Shown here piece by piece: positions 37,156 through 48,319 of a stretch of DNA of 64,000 nt. The notes below the pieces were generated by a model. The model had not been told where the DNA came from, ran no database searches, and was given only the letters and a program-made list of their open reading frames with translations. Source of the stretch: Clostridia bacterium (GTDB lineage: Bacteria; Bacillota; Clostridia; UBA1212; DUPL01); assembly GCA_050951325.1 (NCBI GenBank), contig JBMNIW010000004.1:96001-160000 (forward strand), written 5' to 3'. Position numbers and translations under genes: made by a program. Position 1 is the first letter of the stretch; each line of letters begins with the position of its first letter.

Positions 37156-38697
37156 ATGAAAAGTAAAAAAACATTTATCCTTTTAATTGCTACAGTAGCA
37201 GTATTAATCGTATGCATAACAGCAGTTATATTTATTACACTTCCCAACGATAAAAATACAAACGATGATAACCCAAGCAAAACAGACAACAACAACAACA
37301 ATGACGACGACAATAACAATGACAACGAGGATACCACTCTAGAAGGAACAAACATAGTCTATGTGAAGGACAATGAGATTCATTACCTGAATCTAGACTC
37401 AATGTTTACAAAACAGGTAACAGAAAATCTGTACGAAACCGAAGAATTGTACTATGACAGTGTTTCAACTGCATACTTGTTCTCACAAATAAGTTCCGAC
37501 TTCAAATATCTTTTTTACACGGACCATGCACAAACAGGAACGGACAAATTCCCGCTGTACCGCCTTGACCTGTCAGACAAGAAAGCAAAACCCGAAAAAA
37601 TTGCCGACAGTGTATATAGCTACAAAATTAACGAAAAGGGTACCATCGTTTACTACAGCGATGATGTTGATGTTGGATTAAACAGTCTATACAAGTACGA
37701 TTTCAAGGAGACTGAGAAGATTGTTTCAAACATTATTGATTACCACATAAGCTCAGATGGTTCAAAACTCCTTTATTATGACGCTACAGGTGTTTACTTA
37801 AAAACCCAATCCGGCACCGAACAGATAACCGATTTGAACCTTGAAGCCATGGAAATACATAAAGTTACACCAAATCTTGATTTCTACATACAGATAAACT
37901 ACGCACTGTATTATAAGCAGGATGGAAAGGACATGACCAAAATAGTTGATTCGGTTATTGGCATTGAAAAAATCTACGATACTGGAGAAATATATTATAA
38001 AAACACGGATTATCAGCTATGCTATTACGATAAAAAAAGTATCACAGTACTCACATCACCTTCTTGGAACAAGATAAGCATAAATGAATCATCTCCTGTC
38101 ATTTCATACTACGAAGACGGAAATACTTATGTTGCAAAAGGAGATGAAAAAATCAGCATAGATGGTGTTGTTCCTGACGTAAGCATATCTTCTGATACCG
38201 CATACTATTTTGTCAACTACGACAACGGATCAGGAGAATTGATTGCTCTTAATCTATCTTCAATGGAAAAAACAATAATTGACGATGGAGTATACAAGAT
38301 ACTAACTGTTGAAGATAACACAGGCAAACTCTTTTATATGAAAAGCTCAACAGCTGCCGGTACCGGCGACTTGTACCATGACAAAAAGAAGATTGACTCC
38401 AATGTATCAGAAAGCCATTTGAGAATGGTTGGAGACAAACTTACATATATCACTCAAACTGGTGAAAACATGACATACAAGGCGTACGACATGTCAGAGG
38501 TTTCTACAATTGCCAATAAAGTAGACACTTATTGCATCTCACTCCCAGAAGGAATTGCTTTCCTTAAAGATTATTACGAAATTGGCGACATATACCTCTA
38601 CGACGGAAACCAAGTAGTGAAAAAGCTGGTTTCAAAAGTACAATTCTTCAACATGTCTTTTCCCGTTTTCAACTACGAATACGAACCCTGGTTCTAA
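37156..38697 (+). CDS. Membrane-anchored extracellular beta-propeller-like protein
   Basis: N-terminal TM, Asn/Asp linker, repeated beta-rich Tyr-containing units (~40 aa). Confidence 0.7.
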   Translation: MKSKKTFILLIATVAVLIVCITAVIFITLPNDKNTNDDNPSKTDNNNNNDDDNNNDNEDTTLEGTNIVYVKDNEIHYLNLDSMFTKQVTENLYETEELYYDSVSTAYLFSQISSDFKYLFYTDHAQTGTDKFPLYRLDLSDKKAKPEKIADSVYSYKINEKGTIVYYSDDVDVGLNSLYKYDFKETEKIVSNIIDYHISSDGSKLLYYDATGVYLKTQSGTEQITDLNLEAMEIHKVTPNLDFYIQINYALYYKQDGKDMTKIVDSVIGIEKIYDTGEIYYKNTDYQLCYYDKKSITVLTSPSWNKISINESSPVISYYEDGNTYVAKGDEKISIDGVVPDVSISSDTAYYFVNYDNGSGELIALNLSSMEKTIIDDGVYKILTVEDNTGKLFYMKSSTAAGTGDLYHDKKKIDSNVSESHLRMVGDKLTYITQTGENMTYKAYDMSEVSTIANKVDTYCISLPEGIAFLKDYYEIGDIYLYDGNQVVKKLVSKVQFFNMSFPVFNYEYEPWF

Positions 38698-38698
38698 T

Positions 38699-38733
38699 AA
38701 AAAATCCCATGCTTTAACGGCATGGGATTTTTT
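38699..38733. terminator. Bidirectional intrinsic terminator
   Basis: AAAAAATCCCATGC-tttaacg-GCATGGGATTTTTT. Confidence 0.85.
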
Positions 38734-38834
38734 ATTCCAAATTTCTTTTCCCTTCCTTTCGCCTAATCCTGCTTTCTCCCATATTTAAAGACTAATTTTC
38801 CTCGATTCGCATATGATAGTAATTCATTCATTAT

Positions 38835-39051
38835 TTACGTTTTTAGATTTGCACGTATTGTCTGAGAACACCATTTGCATATATCGTCTCCTTCTTTGTG
38901 ATATCTGTAAAACCTGGTATCACCATTTTGTGCCTTGTATGCCGAAGGAGTAATTATCCTGCGTTCAGTTAAAATACTACTTATCTTCTTTGCCCCTTTT
39001 TCTGACAAAGCTAACCTGAAGATTTTTTACAACCTCACCCGGTTCGTCATC
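38835..39051 (-). pseudogene. Fragment of a large serine recombinase (recombinase domain)
   Basis: Manual translation with one frameshift: DDEPGEVVK/IFRLALSEKGAKKISSILTERRIITPSAYK...KWCSQTIRANLK. Confidence 0.65.
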
Positions 39052-39093
39052 CGAGAGAACTCATTTTCAAGATAATCTTCAAGGTTGAAATCA

Positions 39094-39636
39094 TTATCCT
39101 TCGCTGTGTTTGGCAAGTATAAATCCGTGCAGTGCGGAAGTAGCAGACAAGGCGTAGCTAATCTGACTCAGATTGCCCATGACAGGCCCCATGATACCAC
39201 CAAAGAATTGTGCTTTAATCTGCTTCTCCCTCAAGTCATCGCTGAGAATTTCAAACTCCTGCTTTGCTGTTTCTTCCTGGCAAAATACTTTCTCTGAGTA
39301 GTACCTTCTACTCATCTTTCCTAGCGTGTTGGCTGCATAGATCAATAAAGGCACCGTAACTATCGTAACTATTGCGAGTATCCAGTTGGTAACGAACATA
39401 AGTACAATCGTACCAATGAGAGTTATGGTTCCCGAGAAAATCTGTGACATGGTACTGTTGAGCATCACACCGACCGAGTCCAAATCATTTGTAAAACGGC
39501 TCATAAGGTCGCCATGAGTGTGAGTGTCCTGATATTTCACAGGCAGTCTCTGAATGCTTTTGAACAGTTCTCTTCTAATACGGGCAATGGCTTTCTGAGA
39601 CACGCCAATCATTATTCTCTGCTGCAGGTACGAATA
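39094..39636 (-). pseudogene. Internal fragment of a multidrug ABC transporter membrane domain
   Basis: SYLQQRIMIGVS...IQRLPVKYQDTHTHGDLMSRFTNDLD. Lacks the N-terminus and the NBD. Confidence 0.8.
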
Positions 39637-40048
39637 TATTTGAATTCAGTTTTTCAAGCAGTTGTAAAAAGTTTTTCTTCTCTTCCTCAGAAAACCCTTT
39701 AAAACACTTTTCATCCGCCATTTTGAATATCTTCTTGCTCTTTTCAACCACGCAATATCCTTTTTCAGTAATGACAATCTGATTAAGCCGATTGTCCACA
39801 TCATCAGTCTTTTTAATAATATATCCACCCTTCTCCAGCTTCTTTAAGGATACCGCAATGGTTGCGGAAGATACATCCATCTGTCTTTCCAGCTCAATCT
39901 GAGGCGCATTGGGGTTTCGTGATATTTCCATAAGCAGCCTGTGCTGCGCATGGTACACACCTGTGGCATCCAAATAGTTTTGCATTATTTTTCTGTGCTT
40001 AATCGCAAAAGTTATAAGCTGATGAATAATATGCTTATCCAAAGTCAT
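39575..40048 (-). CDS. MarR family transcriptional regulator
   Basis: QHRLL, VSSATIAVSLKKLEKGGYI, DNRLNQIVITEKG. The C-terminal tail is out-of-frame ABC sequence. Confidence 0.88.
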   Translation of the reverse strand: MTLDKHIIHQLITFAIKHRKIMQNYLDATGVYHAQHRLLMEISRNPNAPQIELERQMDVSSATIAVSLKKLEKGGYIIKKTDDVDNRLNQIVITEKGYCVVEKSKKIFKMADEKCFKGFSEEEKKNFLQLLEKLNSNIFVPAAENNDWRVSESHCPY

Positions 40049-40204
40049 TTTATCACCTCATGAAAATAAATGTTAGCAAGCTAATAATTGGCTAGCTAAT
40101 TATTTAGTCTATCACTAAAACATTTCTTTGTATCAATCAGTGATATTTGACCAGAATAAATCAATTATGATAAACTTGTACAATAACAAATTGCAGGTGA
40201 GGTT

Positions 40205-40894
40205 ATGGAAAATTATCAGCATGTAATATCATTGGGTCATTTCTGTGCTGTTGCTTCAGAGCTTGAAAGACTGGGATATAGGGACGCAAGCCTTCCTTTT
40301 GACTGGCTTATAACTCCCTTTGAAAGCGTTATGCACATGATAGAAACAAACTTTAATGATTTTCTTGTCCTTGAAAATCTTAAAAGAGATGAAAAACGTA
40401 AATATATAATCAAGGACACAAAATACAATATAGCCTTTTACCATGACTATAAACCGAATCAATCCATTGAAACACAGCATGAAATTGTAAAGGCAAAATA
40501 CGATAGAAGAATAAAGAGGTTTTATGATTACATAACCGAAAAAACCCTGTTTATCCGCTACATTGAATCAAAAAAGGAATATGAATTCATTTGTGAAAAC
40601 TACGACCACATAATGAGCGTGTTGCGGAAATACAATAAAGACAATGATCTTATGCTCGTGTCAAAGGATATTAAGGCTGTAGAACTGCCCATGCATACAA
40701 TCTATCTTGACAATGTACCGTATAAAACTCCTCAGAAGTTTGCCAAGACCAATAAGGAGTTGTATAAGGTACTAACTTCTATTCCCTATCCGGATGAGAA
40801 AAGGATGTTGAATATAAATAGATACAGAAAAAGCTTTCCAAAGCGCTTTTTCAACAGCTTAAGAAAGCTTTATATCAAACTTATTTATAGCTAA
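40205..40894 (+). CDS. Putative papain-like cysteine peptidase (DUF1796-like)
   Basis: ISLGHFC, SLPFDW, FYHD, KYDRRIKRF. Confidence 0.75.
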   Translation: MENYQHVISLGHFCAVASELERLGYRDASLPFDWLITPFESVMHMIETNFNDFLVLENLKRDEKRKYIIKDTKYNIAFYHDYKPNQSIETQHEIVKAKYDRRIKRFYDYITEKTLFIRYIESKKEYEFICENYDHIMSVLRKYNKDNDLMLVSKDIKAVELPMHTIYLDNVPYKTPQKFAKTNKELYKVLTSIPYPDEKRMLNINRYRKSFPKRFFNSLRKLYIKLIYS

Positions 40895-42374
40895 CAATAT
40901 TTGAGAAATCAAAACTGAAGGTTGTATACTCATTTTCTTTGCTGTCCACAGTTACGGCAATATCATGTCTTAATGCTATCTGCTTTGCAATAGCTAGACC
41001 AAGGCCGGTTCCTTCCTTGTTTTTCTCATCACGCATTTTGTAGAATCTGTCGAAGATATACGGGAGGTCTTCTTCCCTTATACCTTCTCCATGGTCTGTT
41101 ATTGACAAGATAAAATTTCTGTACGTAATGTCAATAGTGGATCCTGTACTTGAAAACTTAATCGCATTGTCAAGGATAATCAGTATCATCTGTCTTAACC
41201 TGTCAAAATCACCATTTATCACTTCCACATCCATATCGCTTTCAAAGTTAATTGATATATCCTTTTCGGTACAAAGCCTTCTTGCACTCCTGACAGACTC
41301 ATGTACAATACTCAAGAGATTAACTTCTTCCTTGTTTAGTGAAAAATCAGCATTCTGAAGTCTTGAAAGGTCCAACAAATCATTAACAAGTCTTTGCAGA
41401 TATATGCTTTCAGCAAGAAGATGAGAGTAGTATTCTTCCACCTGCTTTGGTTCCGTAACCACCTTGTCATGCAACGCTTCAACCGAACCTCTTATCACTG
41501 TAACAGGGGTCCTAAGTTCATGTGATATGTTGGCTACAAAATCCTTCCTCATCTTGTCAAGCTTTTCTCTTTCCCTGCTTGCCTCATTAAGCCTTTCACT
41601 TAATATATCTACAGCCTTTGCAACATCCCCTATTTCATCATCCTGGGATACATCCGTTTTAACCTCATAATTCCCTTTTGCCAGTTCCAGTGTAACATTC
41701 CGTATCTTGTCCATTGGTTTTGTAAAAGCCCAGGCAAAGGAAAAAGACAGAATCACAGACAAAACTAGTGCCAGCAGTATACTTATAACCAGCGTCTTGA
41801 TACCCTGCTCTATCGCCTTCTGCATATAATCTATGGGACTGTGAAGCAGAACAACACCAATTACTTCTCCATTCTGAGAAACAATAGGAACACCCACGGT
41901 GAGGGTTGGTGTTTCGAAGAAGTTGCCAAACACTTCGCTGAAGGTGGTTTCACCTTCGAACACCTTTTGTATTACTTTCTCCGCATTATGCGGCAGCTCG
42001 CTGAATGTGTACACTCGGCTTCCATCGTAATATGATGTGCCTGTAGTGATAAAGTTGTAGTCCCTGTCAATTATCCATACATTCGCCATTGTGATACTGT
42101 TCAAAAAACTTATATACACTTGGGCATCATTGGAGAAATAAAAGTTGTTTCTGTTTGGAAAGTCAAACAAGGGAAATCTTGAATACTGCATTCTGAAAGT
42201 GAATTCCGATAGTGTCTCTGAAACACCTACTGCGCTGTTTACAAGATTTCTTTTGTATAGGTCAACAGTATGGTTTCTAAAAAGGATTGTAAACACAATC
42301 CCTATACCTATTGACAGTATTAAAAGCACAATTGTAAAGTAGAAAGTTAGTTTGAAGACAAGCTTTTTTCGCAT
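40881..42374 (-). CDS. HAMP-domain sensor histidine kinase
   Basis: Two TMs, HAMP, SHELRTP, DNAIKF, DHGEG, GTGLGL. Start at MRKKL. Confidence 0.93.
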   Translation of the reverse strand: MRKKLVFKLTFYFTIVLLILSIGIGIVFTILFRNHTVDLYKRNLVNSAVGVSETLSEFTFRMQYSRFPLFDFPNRNNFYFSNDAQVYISFLNSITMANVWIIDRDYNFITTGTSYYDGSRVYTFSELPHNAEKVIQKVFEGETTFSEVFGNFFETPTLTVGVPIVSQNGEVIGVVLLHSPIDYMQKAIEQGIKTLVISILLALVLSVILSFSFAWAFTKPMDKIRNVTLELAKGNYEVKTDVSQDDEIGDVAKAVDILSERLNEASREREKLDKMRKDFVANISHELRTPVTVIRGSVEALHDKVVTEPKQVEEYYSHLLAESIYLQRLVNDLLDLSRLQNADFSLNKEEVNLLSIVHESVRSARRLCTEKDISINFESDMDVEVINGDFDRLRQMILIILDNAIKFSSTGSTIDITYRNFILSITDHGEGIREEDLPYIFDRFYKMRDEKNKEGTGLGLAIAKQIALRHDIAVTVDSKENEYTTFSFDFSNIVSYK

Positions 42375-42376
42375 GT

Positions 42377-43075
42377 TTATCCCTTGCCTTCCTTGTATTC
42401 GGTAAATCTGTATCCAACTCCCCATATCGTGGTAACATCCCACGATTCATGCGGAAACGCATCAATTTTTGCTCTCAGCCTCTTTATGTGAGAATCCACA
42501 GTCCTCATGTCTCCGTAATAATCGTAACCCCAGAGCTTGTCAAGAAGATTCTCTCTTGAAAAGACTTTTCCGCTGTTAGATGCAAGAAGCCAAAGTATCT
42601 CGGTCTCCTTTTTAGTCAAAGACACCTCTTCATCGTCAATCATGACCTCATAGCTATCCATATTTATGTAAAGGTTTGCAATTTTCAATTCATGGCCTTC
42701 CGTTCTTCCTTCATAAGAGCATCTTCTTAATATCGCCCTTATTCTCGCCATTACTTCTCCACCAGAAAAAGGCTTTACAATATAGTCATCCGCCCCTATT
42801 TCAAGACCCATTATCTTTTCAAAATCTTCCCCTCTTGCTGTAACCATGATAACTGGAACATTGGACTTCTTTCTGATTTCCTTGCAAACATAAAAGCCGT
42901 CAAGCTTTGGCATCATCACATCAAGAAGAATAATATCGGGCATAAAGGATGAAAAGAACTCAAGAGCCTCTTCGCCATCATAAGCAACTTTCACTTTATA
43001 CCCTTCTCTCTTGCAATACTCTTCCAATATGGACGTAATCTGTCTATTGTCATCGCATATAAGCACTTTAATCAT
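42377..43075 (-). CDS. OmpR family response regulator
   Basis: ICDD, LLDVMMP, GADDYIVKPF, RTVDSHIKRLR, TIWGVGY. Confidence 0.95.
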   Translation of the reverse strand: MIKVLICDDNRQITSILEEYCKREGYKVKVAYDGEEALEFFSSFMPDIILLDVMMPKLDGFYVCKEIRKKSNVPVIMVTARGEDFEKIMGLEIGADDYIVKPFSGGEVMARIRAILRRCSYEGRTEGHELKIANLYINMDSYEVMIDDEEVSLTKKETEILWLLASNSGKVFSRENLLDKLWGYDYYGDMRTVDSHIKRLRAKIDAFPHESWDVTTIWGVGYRFTEYKEGKG

Positions 43076-43227
43076 TAAACAACACCTCTTAGCTATACTA
43101 CATCATTTCTGTGTCTTTTTTATGGCAAACCCTGTGAATATATTTTAATACAAAAACCGTATAAAAAGAAACCTTCGACCTGAAAAAGATCGAAGGCCTG
43201 TATCTATATATACCATTCACAACCTGA

Positions 43228-43524
43228 CTAGACTTGTTTCGAGGCACCATTGGCTCCACCGTTACCACCAGGTGAGCCTTCCGGAGATGTACCTGGACCT
43301 CCGGCACCTGGACTGCCTCCTGCACCCGGACTTACATCAGGACTAAGGTCAGGACTCAAGTCTGGGCTCAGGTCAGGACTCATGTCACCATCACCATCAT
43401 CAGTCACGTTAGGACTGATTGTTATACCTGGTGATGGATCCAACAGTCCTCCATTTCTACATGCAGCAAATGAAAATATCATCATAATTGCAAGTAAGAA
43501 TACTAAGATATATTTTGCTTTCAT
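43228..43524 (-). CDS. Small lipoprotein with SPD[LV]/SPG repeats
   Basis: Lipobox FAAC, GGAGG RBS, 12-bp tandem repeats. Confidence 0.75.
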   Translation of the reverse strand: MKAKYILVFLLAIMMIFSFAACRNGGLLDPSPGITISPNVTDDGDGDMSPDLSPDLSPDLSPDVSPGAGGSPGAGGPGTSPEGSPGGNGGANGASKQV

Positions 43525-43691
43525 TTGATATCCTCCCAAACTCTATTGAAAAAGATAAACTCTTTCTTTCATATTATTCTTAATATTGGCGATTTTAATA
43601 CTTTTGTTTTTTTCCAATTTTACTTTATAGAATCTGGGAATAAAAAAAGGCAGACAGTTTGCACCGTCCGCCAAAAATCATCTGATTCCAA

Positions 43692-44891
43692 TTAGTCGAT
43701 AATGGCTGTAACTGTACCGGAACCAACAGTCTTTCCACCTTCACGAATAGCGAAGCGGAGACCTTCTTCCATAGCGATTGGAGTAATAAGTTCAACAGTA
43801 ATTTCTACGTGGTCGCCAGGCAAGCACATGTCTACGCCTTCTGGAAGCTGGATAATACCGGTAACGTCAGTTGTTCTGAAGTAGAACTGAGGTCTGTAGT
43901 TGCTGAAGAAAGGCTTGTGTCTTCCACCCTCGTTCTGAGTAAGAACGTAAACCTGGCCCTTAAACTTTGTGTATGACTTGATTGTACCAGGCTTGGCTAT
44001 AACTTGTCCACGCTCGATATCTTCTCTTGTGATACCTCTCAAGAGAGCACCGATGTTGTCACCAGCATAAGCTTCATCAAGCTGCTTTCTGAACATCTCG
44101 ATACCAGTAATAACTGTGCTCATGGTCTCATCTTTCAGACCAACGACTTCAGCCTGATCGCCAACCTTGATAGTTCCTCTCTCAAGTCTGCCAGTTGCAA
44201 CTGTTCCACGACCTGTGATTGTGAACACGTCCTCAACAGGCATAAGGTAAGGCTTGTCAGTTTCACGCTCTGGCTCTGGAATGTAAGTGTCTACTGCTTC
44301 CATAAGCTCTTTGATTGGAGCGTAAGCAGAATCTGTTGGGTCGTCTCCAGCTTCGAGAGCCATCAAAGCAGAACCTCTGATAACTGGCACGTCGTCTCCT
44401 GGGAAGTCATACTTGCTGAGAAGCTCACGAACTTCCATTTCAACAAGGTCAAGAAGCTCTGGGTCGTCTACCATATCACACTTGTTCATGAAAACAACTA
44501 TGTATGGTACGTTAACCTGACGAGCAAGCAGAATGTGTTCTCTTGTCTGAGCCTGTGGGCCGTCAGCGCCGGATACCAGCAAAATCGCACCATCCATTTG
44601 AGCAGCACCAGTAATCATGTTCTTAACATAGTCAGCGTGACCTGGGCAGTCAACGTGCGCATAGTGTCTGTTTTCTGTCTGATACTCAACGTGGGAAGTA
44701 TTTATTGTGATACCTCTTTGTTTCTCCTCTGGAGCATTGTCAATTTGGTCATATGCCTTTACTTCCGCATTACCTACAAGAGACAAATATTTTGTAATTG
44801 CAGCAGTCAATGTTGTTTTACCATGGTCAACGTGTCCAATTGTACCAATGTTTACATGTGGCTTTGTTCTTTCAAACTTAGCTTTTGCCAT
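43692..44891 (-). CDS. tuf: Elongation factor Tu
   Basis: [21 protein letters not shown]. Confidence 0.99.
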   Translation of the reverse strand: MAKAKFERTKPHVNIGTIGHVDHGKTTLTAAITKYLSLVGNAEVKAYDQIDNAPEEKQRGITINTSHVEYQTENRHYAHVDCPGHADYVKNMITGAAQMDGAILLVSGADGPQAQTREHILLARQVNVPYIVVFMNKCDMVDDPELLDLVEMEVRELLSKYDFPGDDVPVIRGSALMALEAGDDPTDSAYAPIKELMEAVDTYIPEPERETDKPYLMPVEDVFTITGRGTVATGRLERGTIKVGDQAEVVGLKDETMSTVITGIEMFRKQLDEAYAGDNIGALLRGITREDIERGQVIAKPGTIKSYTKFKGQVYVLTQNEGGRHKPFFSNYRPQFYFRTTDVTGIIQLPEGVDMCLPGDHVEITVELITPIAMEEGLRFAIREGGKTVGSGTVTAIID

Positions 44892-45024
44892 TTTTATTTC
44901 CTCCTTAAAATTCTCATAATTATTAAAGTTTTTATTATTTTACATAATATTTAGAAAATAGGCAAGTTTTTTTTGTTACTATTTTATATTTCCCTATTTC
45001 CTTCAATTTTATACATAAATTATA

Positions 45025-47097
45025 TTACTTTGACTTTCTTGAAAGCAAATCTTCCTGTATGTTCTTTGACACTTCCTCGTAGTGGCTTGGCTGCATTGTA
45101 AATGAGCCACGGCCTTGTGTCATTGAACGCAGTGATGTGGTATAGCCAAACAGTTCCGCAAGAGGAGCTACTGCCTGTATATCCTTGGAGCCAGCGTTGT
45201 CTTCCATGCCCTCAATGCGGCCTCTGCGGGCTGACACTGAGCTTATGACATCACCAAGGTAATCCTCAGGTGTGTTGATGCTAACCTTCATAATAGGTTC
45301 AAGCAAAACTGGTTCCGCATTTTTCAAAGCTTCCTTGATTGCCATGGAACCTGCAATCTTGAAGGCCATCTCCGATGAGTCAACCTCATGGTATGAACCG
45401 TCAACCAGTGCAACCTTTATGTCGACTACCGGATACCCACCCAGTATACCACTTTGCAAAGCTTCCTTGATTCCTGCATCCACTGCCGGGATATATTCTT
45501 TCGGAATTACACCGCCAACAATCTTGTTAACAAACTCGTAACCAGTTCCTCTTTCCTTGGGTTCAACCTCGATAACGCAGTGACCGTACTGGCCTCTACC
45601 GCCGGATTGACGGACAAACTTGCCTTCAACCTTGACAGCTTTTCTAATACCCTCTTTGTATGCAACCTGGGGATTTCCTACGTTTGCTTCAACCTTAAAC
45701 TCCCGAAGCAGTCTGTCAACAATAATCTCAAGGTGCAGTTCACCCATACCCGAAATGATTGTCTGACCGGTTTCCACATTAGTATGAACCTTGAATGTTG
45801 GGTCCTCTTCAGCGAGCTTCTGCAGCGCAACTCCCATCTTGTCTTGTCCAGCCTTTGTCTTAGGCTCAACAGCAACAGAGATAACCGGCTCAGGGAACTC
45901 CATCTTCTCAAGGATAATCGGCGCTTTGTCTGAGCACAACGTGTCGCCTGTGGATGTATCCTTCAGACCAACTGCAGCGGCTATATCACCGGCATAGACC
46001 TTGTCAACCTCTTCCCTGTGATTCGCATGCATCAGAAGAATTCTTCCGATACGCTCCTTGCTTCCCTTGGTCATGTTCATGACATAGGAACCGGATTCAA
46101 GAACACCTGAATAAACTCTGAAGAAGCAGAGCTTTCCTACGTATGGGTCAGTCACGATCTTGAACGCAAGGGCTGAGAAGGGTTCGTCATCGCTAGGATG
46201 TCTTTCATCTTCCTCGCCATCCATATTGACTCCCTTGATAGCAGGGATATCCAACGGTGATGGCAGGTAGTCAATGACGGCATCGAGCAGTTGCTGAACA
46301 CCCTTGTTTCTGTAGGAGGAGCCACACATTACAGGAATAATCTGTACAGCCAGTGTCGCATTTCTTATAGCAGCCTTGATTTCCTCTTCGGTAATTTCCT
46401 CGCCCTCCAGGTACTTCATCATTATATTTTCATCGAAATCCGCAAGTGCTTCAATCATTTTGTCCCTGTATTCAACAGCCAGGTCCATCATGTCCGCTGG
46501 GATATCGATTTCTTCAACGATTTCACCCTTGTCGCCCTTGTATTGAAGAGCGTCCATTTTAACGAGGTCGATTATACCTATAAAGGTATCTTCGCTGCCA
46601 ATTGGCAACTGGATCGCAACAGGATTCGCACCAAGTCTAGTCCTAATCATGTCCAAAACCCTGAAAAAGTTTGCACCGGTTATGTCCATCTTGTTTACAT
46701 AGGCAATTCTTGGTACCTTGTACTTGTCAGCCTGTCTCCAGACAGTTTCGGACTGAGGTTCTACACCTCCTTTTGCACAGAATAAGGTAACACTACCGTC
46801 CAATACTCTCAAGGATCTTTCTACTTCCACGGTGAAGTCCACGTGACCAGGTGTGTCAATTATGTTTACTCTGTAATTCTTCCAAATGGCTGTAGTAGCA
46901 GCGGAAGATATGGTGATACCTCTTTCCTGCTCCTGAACCATGAAGTCCATGGTTGCGTCACCTTCGTGGGTCTCACCCATTTTGTGTGTCTTTCCCGTGT
47001 AGTAGAGTATTCGTTCGGTTGTGGTTGTTTTTCCTGCATCAATGTGTGCCATGATGCCTATATTTCTTGTATTCTCAAGTGAATAACTTCTTGGCAT
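45025..47097 (-). CDS. fusA: Elongation factor G
   Basis: [25 protein letters not shown]. Confidence 0.99.
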   Translation of the reverse strand: MPRSYSLENTRNIGIMAHIDAGKTTTTERILYYTGKTHKMGETHEGDATMDFMVQEQERGITISSAATTAIWKNYRVNIIDTPGHVDFTVEVERSLRVLDGSVTLFCAKGGVEPQSETVWRQADKYKVPRIAYVNKMDITGANFFRVLDMIRTRLGANPVAIQLPIGSEDTFIGIIDLVKMDALQYKGDKGEIVEEIDIPADMMDLAVEYRDKMIEALADFDENIMMKYLEGEEITEEEIKAAIRNATLAVQIIPVMCGSSYRNKGVQQLLDAVIDYLPSPLDIPAIKGVNMDGEEDERHPSDDEPFSALAFKIVTDPYVGKLCFFRVYSGVLESGSYVMNMTKGSKERIGRILLMHANHREEVDKVYAGDIAAAVGLKDTSTGDTLCSDKAPIILEKMEFPEPVISVAVEPKTKAGQDKMGVALQKLAEEDPTFKVHTNVETGQTIISGMGELHLEIIVDRLLREFKVEANVGNPQVAYKEGIRKAVKVEGKFVRQSGGRGQYGHCVIEVEPKERGTGYEFVNKIVGGVIPKEYIPAVDAGIKEALQSGILGGYPVVDIKVALVDGSYHEVDSSEMAFKIAGSMAIKEALKNAEPVLLEPIMKVSINTPEDYLGDVISSVSARRGRIEGMEDNAGSKDIQAVAPLAELFGYTTSLRSMTQGRGSFTMQPSHYEEVSKNIQEDLLSRKSK

Positions 47098-47178
47098 TGG
47101 AGCCTCCTTCTTAAAATTCCAATTTCAAAAATACTAATTGTATGATAACCTTGATTCAATAAATTTATTAGCACAAAA

Positions 47179-47649
47179 TTACCAGCGATAGTGAGCAAAT
47201 GCACGGTTCGCCTCTGCCATTCTGTGCATTTCTTCCTTACGCTTGAATGCACCACCTGTTTGATTCAATGCATCAAGTATTTCATTCGCAAGTCTTTCAG
47301 CCATGGTTCTTTCACCACGATTTCTTGCATAAACAACAAGCCATCTGAGACCAAGAGTCTGCCTTCTTTCAGGCCTTACTTCTACTGGAACCTGATAAGT
47401 CGCACCACCAACTCTTCTGGCCTTTACTTCCAATTGTGGCATAATATTATTTAAAGCCTCTTTAAATACTTCAAGAGCGTCTCTTCCAGTCTTCTCCTGA
47501 ACTATGTCAAAAGCTTTATAGCAAATCTTCTCTGCCGTACCTTTTTTTCCGTCAAGCATGATGTTGTTGATAAGTTTTGTAACGAGTTTTTCATTGTATC
47601 TTGCGTCGGGTAAAACTTCCCTTTTAGCAATGTATCCTTTTCTAGGCAC
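47179..47649 (-). CDS. rpsG: 30S ribosomal protein S7
   Basis: GTG start, MPRKG...[11 protein letters not shown]...[12 protein letters not shown]. Confidence 0.98.
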   Translation of the reverse strand: MPRKGYIAKREVLPDARYNEKLVTKLINNIMLDGKKGTAEKICYKAFDIVQEKTGRDALEVFKEALNNIMPQLEVKARRVGGATYQVPVEVRPERRQTLGLRWLVVYARNRGERTMAERLANEILDALNQTGGAFKRKEEMHRMAEANRAFAHYRW

Positions 47650-47785
47650 TTTCCTTCCCTCCTTTTCATGAGATAAAAATTCATCGGTACTCATCAATGA
47701 ATGATGTCAGTGCTGGTATCTATTCAATTATATATATATAAAAGACACCTAACACCTTCTGAGATGTCCCGTTTCATTTCTTCTG

Positions 47786-48199
47786 TTATTTCTTAGGTGC
47801 TTTGGCGCCGTATTTTGATCTTCCCTGTTTACGGTTTGCAACACCTGCGGTATCCAATGTACCTCTAATAATGTGATATCTTACACCTGGCAAATCTTTT
47901 ACTCTTCCGCCTCTTATCAGAACAACGCTATGTTCCTGCAGGTTGTGTCCAATTCCTGGAATGTATGCTGTAACTTCCATTCCATTTGTAAGACGCACCC
48001 TCGCAATCTTACGCAGAGCGGAGTTGGGCTTCTTTGGAGAAGTTGTCCTAACAACAGTGCAAACACCCCTCTTCTGAGGACTGCTTACGTCCGTACTGCG
48101 CTTGTTAAGAATGTTGTAGCCCTTCTGCAATGCAGGCGCATGTGACTTTTGCTGAAATGTTTTTCTACCTTTCCTAACCAGCTGATTAAATGTTGGCAT
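47786..48199 (-). CDS. rpsL: 30S ribosomal protein S12
   Basis: [31 protein letters not shown]. Confidence 0.98.
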   Translation of the reverse strand: MPTFNQLVRKGRKTFQQKSHAPALQKGYNILNKRSTDVSSPQKRGVCTVVRTTSPKKPNSALRKIARVRLTNGMEVTAYIPGIGHNLQEHSVVLIRGGRVKDLPGVRYHIIRGTLDTAGVANRKQGRSKYGAKAPKK

Positions 48200-48319
48200 C
48201 TTGGCTTTCACCTCCCAGTTTTATATCCTTTATTAATTAAGCTTTGCAGGTGTCAAAAAAGCCACCTGCACAGCCAACTAATACTACACCAATATGATTA
48301 TGTTGTCAAGTTATTTTCT

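Noticed and set aside
37284-37330. AAC/GAC trinucleotide-like run
   Set aside because: Encodes an in-frame Asn/Asp linker; not a phase-variation tract or array.
43329-43380. 12-bp tandem repeats as a possible CRISPR or iteron array
   Set aside because: No spacers; they are coding repeats (SPDL) with synonymous variation. No cas genes in the window.
44004-44954. 316-aa plus-strand ORF
   Set aside because: Antisense shadow of tuf caused by codon bias.
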